Assembly (NCBI GenBank): GCA_964016885.1
Contig: OZ024759.1
Location: 13,702,001-13,766,000 of the forward strand
Direction: 5' to 3'
Length of the DNA stretch: 64,000 bases
Source: Eledone cirrhosa
Taxonomy: Eukaryota
The notes beneath the pieces are model-generated. The model saw only the letters and a program-made list of their open reading frames with translations. It did not search any database and was not told the origin of the DNA. The position numbers and the translations under genes were made by a program. Position 1 is the first letter of the stretch. Every line of letters begins with the position of its first letter. Of the stretch, positions 55,390 through 64,000 are shown in pieces.

Positions 55390-56815
55390 ATCATCATCAT
55401 CATCATCTTTGTTTAACGTCCATCTTCCACGCTAGCATGGGTTAGACGGGAGTTGTCCCACTTGAGGCAAGGTAGGTCGGGTGGCCGTGTCTTGTTCATA
55501 TAGGACTATCTGGCAGGTTTTCTACGGCTGGATGCCCTTCCTAACACCAACCACATTTACAGTGTGGAACTGGGAACTTTTTACCGTGTTACCTACACGG
55601 CCACATTACAGCGTGGACTGTGTGTTTTTTATAGATTTTACATGTGGCCGGTGCTCTGGTGCAATAAGTAGCAGCAAGTGCCCACCAAATACTAGCTCCT
55701 TCAACTGCGCAGAGGGTTCTATAGAAATAGTGGACAGCTTCCGTTATCTGGGTGACAAAATCAGCAGTGGGGGAGGGTGCTCTGAAAGTACAGTAGCTAG
55801 AGTCAGAACTGGATGGAAAAAGTTCAGAGAGCTTATACCACTATTAGCCGCTAGAGGGTTCTCCCTAAAAATGAAAGGCAGGTTATACGATGCCTGCATA
55901 CGAACAGCAATGCTGCATGGCAGTGAGACCTGGGCATTGTGTGCAGAGGATATACGCAGACTAGAGAGGAACGAAGCTTGCATGCTCCGCTGGATGTGCA
56001 ATAGTAATATACGTGAACGGTAAAGCATAAACGAACTAAGGAAAAAATTAGAAATAAGAGGGATCAGATGTTGTTTACTCGAGAGAAGGCTACGTTGGTA
56101 CGGTCACGTGATGCGCATGAAAGACGACAGCTGTATAACAAAGTGCAGGGCAATAAAGATAGACGGTAGCCACGGAGTAGGCAGACTTAGAAAAACATGG
56201 GACGAGCTGATAAATTCCGACCTCACACGCTTACACCTCTCCAAGACAATGTCACTGGACCGAGACCTTTGGCGGTACTCAGTAATAGAGAAGACCCGCC
56301 TTACCTAAATACAAAGTAAAAACCTACTACAGTCAGTAGGCATCTCTATCAAAACACACCCCCGTCCCACCACCTCCACCCCACCCACACCGCCCCTTTC
56401 AATGTAAAGTTATGTTGGTCCCACAACATCCAGGCCGAAACAAATGAGATCGTGTAGGTGTCACGACAAAAAACACACAGTCCACGCTGTAAATGTGGCC
56501 GTGTAGGCAACACGGTAAAAACCTCCCAGCCGCACACTGTAAATGTGGTTGGTGTTAGGAAGGGCATCCAGCTGTAGAAAACCCGCCAGACAGTCCACGC
56601 TGTAATGTGGCCGTGTAGGCAACACGGTAAAAACCACCCAGCCCCACACTGTAAATGTGGTTGGTGTTAGGAAGGGCATCCAACTGTAGAAAACCCGCCA
56701 GACAGTCCTATGCGAGCAAGACAACCACTCTTGCCTCAAGTGGGAAAACCCCCGTCCAAACCCATGCAAGCGTGGAACACGGACGCTAAACCTGATGATG
56801 ATGATGATGATGATA
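55390..56815 (+). mobile_element. 5'-truncated RTE LINE with an inverted 3'-tail copy fused at its 5' end
   Basis: 55630-56310 encodes the RTE C-terminus (FRYLGD...MLHGSETW...RWYGHV). 55390-55630 is an inverted UTR tail and 56310-56815 is the forward tail. Confidence 0.85.
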
Positions 56816-56924
56816 TATATATCCAAGAAATAACAACACAACCAGGAGCTGGAAATATCGGAGTATTGACGGAGTAAAACACACTTCAACAACATGTGTA
56901 CCTGTCTCTACCACACCAATTCGG

Positions 56925-56979
56925 ACTGCCTGAAGAGCTCACAGCCAATGATGGCTGTCACCGAAATATATATAGCAGT
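56925..56979 (+). ncRNA. Minimal hammerhead motif, second copy of the 19961 element
   Basis: actgc-CTGAAGA-g..acagcca/tggctgt..c-GAAA-tatata-TA-gcagt. The block 56823-57035 matches 19860-20070. Confidence 0.75.
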
Positions 56980-57031
56980 ATATCTATAATTTATAATAAA
57001 TGAAGTCAAATTTTACCTATTTGACTCAATT

Positions 57032-57142
<111 letters not shown>

Positions 57143-57190
57143 ATATATATATATATATATAGTGTGCTTTTTTTCTAATTGATGTACTAG

Positions 57191-57401
57191 GTGATGTATA
57201 TGTATTATTTCCTTGGCTACCAAATACTCGGATCAGGATTCTCTGCAAAACGCAAACAAATCATTGCAGATAATACATTTTTGCTGGCCCTTGATGGGGA
57301 TGTTGACTTTAAACCAGAGTCCCTGCAGCTGTTGGTTGACAGGATGAAGAAAGATATCAAAGTTGGGGCTGCATGCGGTAGAATTACACCCAGAGGTTCA
57401 G
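57191..57401 (+). CDS. CHS: Chitin synthase exon (VMYMYY...LALDGDVDF...GAACGRI.P.GS)
   Basis: tag acceptor in phase 0, G|gtaaac donor; DXD-containing LDGDVDF motif. Confidence 0.96.
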
Positions 57402-57440
57402 GTAAACCAGTCATTACTTTTAGAATTTTGAAGGGTTTTT

Positions 57441-57672
57441 ATGGTGGTGGTGGTGGTAGTAGTAGTGGTGTTGGTGGTAGTGGTGGTGGTAATGGTGGTG
57501 GTGGTGGTGGTGGTAGTTGTGGTGGTGTTGGTGGTGGATTTGGTGTTGGTGATGGTGGTGGTTTCGATGGTGGTGTTGATGGTAATTGTGGTGGTGACGG
57601 CAGTGGTGTTGGTGGTGGTGGTGGTGACGGTGATGGTAGTGGTGGGCACTGGGGATAGTGGGGGGGGGGGGG
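57441..57672. repeat. (GGT)n-rich microsatellite (intronic)
   Basis: Direct inspection. Confidence 0.9.
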
Positions 57673-57825
57673 CACTGGTAGTAGGATTGCTCAGTAAACT
57701 GCTCAAGTCCATCTCAACAACTGATGACACTGGTGATCTGTAACCCTAGAGTTCTTTGTCCTTCGTTTGCATTTAAAAAAAAAATGTTGAAGGTTTCCTT
57801 TTAAAAGAAATTTTTATAAGTTTAC

Positions 57826-57857
<32 letters not shown>

Positions 57858-58412
57858 AAGTATAACATTAAGGGAGATGCTGATGTTACATTAATCGTTT
57901 TAAGTATCAGCTGTCTAGTGTACTTGCTTTTGCTGGGTAATGGTATGTCCTTTAGGGACTTGGAGATGGTGAGTGATTGCATCTTATCTCCAGCTGCTTT
58001 GTCTCAAAGTGCTCAACAGTGTTGGAGCTGTGTATGTACAGTAAAAGTTGATTTGGTAAAATCAGGAGTAAGCAGGAGAAAGCACTCTACATATGTAGTG
58101 TGTAGTTACGATGGAGATTTGGTTTAAGAATAACATTAAGGAACGATTTATGTAACATCAGCATCTTTCTTAATGTTATTCTTAAACCGAATCTCCATCA
58201 TAACTACAAACTATGAGTGTTTGTACCAAAATAACTTATAACTGAACAATATATCTATATATATATAAGGTTCTTTTTAGACCCAGTCTTCCTCCCAACA
58301 AGAAAGATGAACAGACTTTCTTCAGCACTTAATTTTTAATTCTTTTTTAATTGTAATATTTAATATTTGATAAGATGGATTACATCGAAACTGGTAATAT
58401 TTTATATCTATA

Positions 58413-59311
58413 TCTATATATATAAAACTGTGGTTGTCTGTCTGTCTATCGAATTTTGGCACACATCTCCTCTTAGAATCTCTCACGGAATTGCACCGAA
58501 ATTGCTATACTTGTACATTGAGCCCTAGCGAAGACATCGGAAAAAAAAAAATTTCAAATTGACCCACCCTATGTGACGAAATCGAATATAATGTATCGAT
58601 TTTTGAGCGTAAGTTATCAGTTATTTCCCTTTGTTCTGTTTACATTGAGCGTCTTACGTAAAAAATTACGCTGGCTTTAACAGTTGTCGAGCCAGCAAAA
58701 TATTGACCTGCAAAATTCATCAGTTCGAACACTAAGCTTCCGTTTTGCTTCATTTCCATTTAAAAGCATTTTAAAACAATATTTTTACTTGAAAACAAGT
58801 CTATTTAAAGACTACGTAAAACAAGCAAATATTTCGTCGTTAGGCGTGCAGACAGACAGTCGTGCAGAGAGGTGATATACGCGTGCAGATAGACAGTCGT
58901 GCAGAGAGGTGATATAGGCGTGCAGACAGACAGTCGTGCAGAGAGGTGATATAGGCGTGCAGACAGACAGTCGTGCAGAGAGGTGATATAGGCGTGCAGA
59001 CAGACATAACTGATAATTTGGTTACGCTAATGTTTTTCTCTGCGTTGCAGTGTTTACATTTTCGATCTTTGTTAATAAATAACCAGTGCAGTTTTTATCC
59101 CCAGGATCCTCTTTTGTTATAACATTCGGGTTATCGTTATGTTTTCTTAACTTCATAAGGCATATTGTTGGTTGAGGGAATATTAATCAAAAACACCACA
59201 TGCAAGTCTGCACAGTAGACACTACAGTTTTTAAGCCAAGAAAGAAACTTAACATTGTAACTTTAACACAGCTACTGAGCGACCCCGAGCAACGCCGGGC
59301 TTTACTGCTAG
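58413..59311 (+). mobile_element. Non-autonomous Helitron-like element with internal 37-bp minisatellite
   Basis: 5' TCTATATATATAAAACTG; 3' GC-rich hairpin cccgagcaacgccggg followed by CTAG|T; ~4.5 copies of aggcgtgcagacagacagtcgtgcagagaggtgatat at 58842-59005. Confidence 0.7.
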
Positions 59312-59468
59312 TACTTTATAAAACTCCTATTTTTAAAAAAAATTATTCTTAGTTTTTTCAATAATGTCACTCTCTCTATCTATCTATGCTGTTTATCATG
59401 GCACAAAAACGAACAACTGTCAGGTTGGTCTGGGTACTGTTTCCAATCTTACTTTATATATATATAAA

Positions 59469-59511
<43 letters not shown>

Positions 59512-59533
59512 ATGTTACGTTTTATTTCCCCAG

Positions 59534-59734
59534 GTCCACTGATTTGGTACCAGCAATTTGAGTATTCAATCAGCCATTGGTTACAAAAGGCCACGGAACA
59601 CGTAATTGGTTGTGTGCTGTGCAGTCCTGGCTGTTTCAGCCTCTTCAGGGCCTCTGCTCTCATGGATGACAATGTGATAAGGAAGTACACCATCCCTGCC
59701 TCAGAAGCCAGACATTTTGTGCAATATGATCAAG
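59534..59734 (+). CDS. CHS: Chitin synthase exon (GPLIWYQQFEY...CVLCSPGCFSLFR...VQYDQG)
   Basis: ccag acceptor in phase 1, G|gtagac donor; catalytic-domain motifs immediately before EDR. Confidence 0.97.
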
Positions 59735-59894
59735 GTAGACATCATCGTTACCCGTCTTCTCTCTCTCTCTCTCTCATTATCTATCTATGCTGTTTATCAT
59801 GGCACAAAAACGACCAACTGTCAGGTTGGTCTGGGTACTTTTTCATCATATCATCATCATGACCACCTTACAGGGTGGTATATATATATATATA

Positions 59895-60099
59895 TATAGG
59901 AACAAGTAAGACCCCGACGGCTGAGCTCAAGCCGTTTCGACGGCTAATTCTGTACAGAATTCTGTACAGAATTAGCCGTCGAAACGGCTTGAGCTCAGCC
60001 GTCGGGGTCTTACTTGTTCCTATTACCCACTCTACTACCCTAAGTATTGAGTACTTTGGTGCATTATGGTCCACCTGGTTCCTTACCACATTTCCTTCG

Positions 60100-60100
<1 letters not shown>
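59895..60100. repeat. ~130-bp perfect palindrome plus flank, related to 17388-17535
   Basis: ggaacaagtaagaccccgacggctgagctc...aattctgtacagaattctgtacagaatt...gagctcagccgtcggggtcttacttgttcc. Confidence 0.9.
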
Positions 60101-60147
<47 letters not shown>

Positions 60148-60169
60148 CGGCGATGAATTAGTTTTGCAA

Positions 60170-62950
60170 GGTTTTTTATATGAAATTGTGTGTCGAAACA
60201 AATATTGTTATACTTGGGGAGGGTCATATTTGTGTAATATTGCCAGAATTAGTAACAGAACCACTGTTTGGTTGCTTTTCGCTTCTGTGTCTTTTATATC
60301 GGTAATCTAATTTATTCGGTCCTCAATGTTGCCATTGACTGACCAACGGTCAAAAATCATACAGATACAATATAGACACAAACACATATATATTGTTTAT
60401 CAAAGTTCTTTCGTTGCACATCTGCAACATCGTCAGTGGTGCTATAGATTCTTCCCATTGCATTGTATTTCTACGCCATCTTTATTTAGTCTGTTTATAT
60501 ATTTATTTATTTATTTGTTTCATCATCATCATCATCATCATTTCATTTTACGTCCGCTTTTTCCCTGCTTGCAAGGGTTGGACGGGAACTGATTCTGGCT
60601 TGATTTCTACAGCTGGATGCCCTTCCTAACACCAACCTCATTTACAGTGAGTGCTGAGTGCTTTTTTGCTGTGGCACCTCCACGACCACTTTGCAGTGGA
60701 ATGATAGGGACCCCAGCCCCTATCATCTCATTTCTACAGCTGAGTAAACTGGAGCAATGTGAAATAAAGTGTCTTGCTCAAGGAAATAACACATCACCCA
60801 GTTTTATTTTGTCTTCTTTGCGCATGCGTTTGCGTGTGTGTATAGTGTTTTGTTTGATGTGTGTTCGTGATTGGGTGGCTGTGTATTGGTTAATGTATTC
60901 TATGTTTACTAGTGTGTGTTTATATGTGTTTGTTGTTATTGTGCTTGTGTATGTATTTATTTATTTATCTATTTATTTATTTATTTATACTTCTCTTAGG
61001 TCAGTGTTGTTTGTTTGGGTGTTGTTGTTATTCCATTCATTCTTTCTGTTTAGTCTTGGCCTTCTAAGTTCTATTTCACTGGCCTCTCTGATTTGCCTAT
61101 CTGCTGGGTCATTTCTATGTTTAGATATTATTCTAATATTATTCTTATGCAATAGGGGCTAGTATCAAAACTACCCTAAAGGGCCACATATTCAAGTTCA
61201 ACGAGAAGATCTACACCCAAAATGAGGGAGCAGCCATTGGCGTCAGCATAGCTGGTGATGTTGTCAACCTTTTTATGGTATGTGGGAAAGGAGACTTAAA
61301 GATCTCCTTAATGAGAGCTCCATAGACCTCATCATGTACTCTCGTTATGTAGACGATATCAATATAGTTATAAGAACATCCCCAGTAGAGAGCACTAACA
61401 AGTTTGATTTAGAACATAGCACAATGGAAAGCATCCAGCAAATAGCTAATTCCATACACCAGAGTATAACTGTAACTATCGACTACCCTTCCAAACACCC
61501 TAACAATAGACTACCTGTATTAGACACAGAAAGAGCCCAAATTCTCCACTCACACTATGCTAAACCCATGGCCTCCAAATACCTGATACTCAAAAACTCA
61601 GCAATGTCTAGTAGTGCTAAGTTTAATATTCTGATCGCAGATTTGGTACGAGTGATGAAGAATGTGTCCCGCATGTGCGACCCAACAGAAATGGAAAGAT
61701 ACATCCAACACTTCATCAACCGCATGCAGTTCTCTGGCTACAACCAAAGAGACAGAGTCAGAGTATACGAAGGAGCCATGGAGAAATATAAGACCCTCAT
61801 AGAACTGGATATGAAAGGAATTTGCCCATTATACAGGAGCAAATCCTGGAATAGCTTAGATAGGGCTAGACATAAGATAGGGAAAGCCACCTCATGGTAT
61901 GACAACCAGAGATACCAGAGTGTCATGTTTGTGGATGCTACCCCTGGAGGGAAATTAGCTAACCGGTGTAGAAAGGCCCTGAGAAAGACCCACTTAAAGA
62001 TTAAGGTGGTAGAAAAGCCAGGAACCACCATAAAATCCCTAATCAGCAAAACCTACCCTTTTAAGAAAACCCACTGTACTAATAGGAAATGTATCATATG
62101 TAAGGTAAACCCCCGGATAAACTGTAAAACTAGAAACGTAGTCTATAGCATAAGATGTACAGAGGGTACTTGCAGAAACATGACAACAACATACATAGGC
62201 GAGACAGCTCGTAGCATAGGTGAAAGGATAGACCAACCCTGGGGGGAACTAAAAGGACGAAAAAAACGGGTCAGTACTATACGAACATGCCAGACAACAC
62301 AACGGTAACATAGACAACATAGAAATTAGAATAATATCTAAACATAGAAATGACCCAGCAGATAGGCAAATCAGAGAGGCCAGTGAAATAGAACTTAGAA
62401 GGCCAAGACTAAACAGAAAGAATGAATGGAATAACAACAACACCCAAACAAACAACACTGACCTAAGAGAAGTATAAATAAATAATTAAATAAATACATA
62501 CACAAGCACAATAACAACAAACACATATAAACACACACTAGTAAACATACAATACACAGTCACCCAATCACGAACACACATCAAACAAAACACTATACAC
62601 ACACGCAAACGCATGCGCAAAGAAGACAAAATAAAATAAACAAACAAACAAATAAATAAATATATAAACAGACTAAATAAAGATGGCGTAGAAATACAAT
62701 ACAACGGGAGGAATCTATAGCACCACTGACGATGTTGCAGATGTGCAACGAAAGAACTTTGATAAACTATATATATGTGTTTGTGTCTATATTGTATCTG
62801 TATGATTTTTGACCGTTGGTCAGTCAATGGCAACATTGAGGACCGAATAAATTAGATTACCGATATAAAAGACAGAGAAGCGAAAAGCAACCAAACAGTG
62901 AGTGTGTTCTGTTACTATTTCTGGCAATATTACACAAATATGACGCTACC

Positions 62951-62953
<3 letters not shown>
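60170..62953 (+). mobile_element. Second, 5'-truncated Penelope-like element (RT C-half + GIY-YIG, frameshifted) with inverted pLTR
   Basis: HIFKFNEKIYTQNEGAAIG, YSRYVDDINI, LPVLD, C..C, VVYSIRC..YIGETARS. 60225-60520 plus 60802-61138 is the reverse complement of 62323-62945. HHR-like CTGACGA-t-gttgca/tgcaac-GAAA-gaac-TT at 62722-62763. Confidence 0.88.
60521..60801 (-). mobile_element. 5'-truncated SINE family A inserted in the left pLTR arm
   Basis: Present in the left arm, absent from the right arm. Confidence 0.88.
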
Positions 62954-63046
<93 letters not shown>

Positions 63047-63051
63047 CACAT

Positions 63052-63382
63052 ACACATGGCTTAGTGGTTAGAGCATTGGCCTTGCAATCGAAAGGTTGTG
63101 AGTTCAATTCTCAGACTGGGTGATGTGTTGTTTTCTTGAGCAAGACACTTTATTTCACATTGCTCCAGTTTACAAGCTGTAGGAATGAGATGATAGGACT
63201 GGGGTCCCTATCATTCCACTGCAAAGTGGTCGTGGAGGTGCCACAGAAAAAAAAATCACCCAGCACTCACTGTAAATGAGGTTGGTGTTAGGAAGGGCAT
63301 CCAGCTGTAGAAATCAAGCTAGAATCAGTTCCCATCCCACCCTTGCAAGCAGGGAAAAGCAGACGTAAAATGATGATGATGA
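63052..63382 (+). mobile_element. SINE family A
   Basis: Near-identical to 4209-4553. Confidence 0.88.
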
Positions 63383-64000
63383 TATATATATATATATATC
63401 ATCATCATAACTGCTTAACATCCATTTTTCCACACTAACATGGGTTAGACAAATTATCCTGTTCTGAGACAAATCAGCTTAGATGACCTGTCTTGCTCAT
63501 ACAGAACTGATTATATATATATATATATATATCATCATCATAATTTTTCTATGCTAGTGTGGGTTAGACGAGGTGACCATGTCTTGCTCATACAGAACTG
63601 ATTTTGGCCTGGTTTCTACGGCTGGATGCCCTTCCTAACAACAACCATATTTACAGTGTGTACTGGGCGTCGTGATGCCTACATGACCACTTTACAATGT
63701 GGACTGGGTGCTTTTTACCGTGTCACCATCACAACCACTTTACAGTGTGGGGTTTCACTGGATGCATACTTTGGCCTGTCGATATATATATATAAGGTGT
63801 GTGCATTAATGTAGCTGTATACATATAAGTATGAGTATTTGTAGAACTGTTTCATTTGTATGAAATCAGCAGGAATGACATTCTAGTCCAGTAGAACCCA
63901 TTTCTATATTAAATAATGATGCATATACTCTAATGTATTGAGTATCTTTTGTAACTGTGGTTACCCACCCCACCCCCACCCCAACCTAATTTTACTCAGG

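Noticed and set aside
57402-57658. Gly-rich extension of the CHS exon
   Set aside because: Lies after the G|gtaaac donor; it is an intronic (GGT)n repeat.

Overview
AT-rich animal genomic DNA, very rich in (TA)n/(TACA)n microsatellites, tRNA-derived SINEs and RTE/CR1/Penelope retroelements. The repeat landscape suggests a cephalopod (octopus-like) genome; this is inference. The window is spanned on the + strand by one metazoan chitin synthase gene: 10 phase-compatible exons from 6461 to 59734, about 850 codons, with CATMWHE, TPYGG, RHRKRWSQ, LDGDVDF and YQxFEY..CVLCSPGCFSLFR..QYDQG motifs, and continuing past the window. Almost all long Y/I/M-rich ORFs in the track are microsatellite artefacts. 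The most striking non-genic signal is a set of hammerhead-ribozyme (HHR) elements in the introns. (1) A near-perfect 9 x 311-bp tandem array (36965-39780) in which every unit carries a complete minimal type I HHR with a palindromic stem III, i.e. a retrozyme-like array. (2) A diverged relative at 9.4-9.9 kb whose stems show compensatory sequence change. (3) An intact 709-aa Penelope-like element (RT + GIY-YIG) with ~865-bp inverted pseudo-LTRs carrying a variant HHR, 1.5 kb from the array. (4) Further full or partial HHR motifs, many inside fold-back palindromes inserted in (TA)n. All RNA structures were read by eye, not computed.
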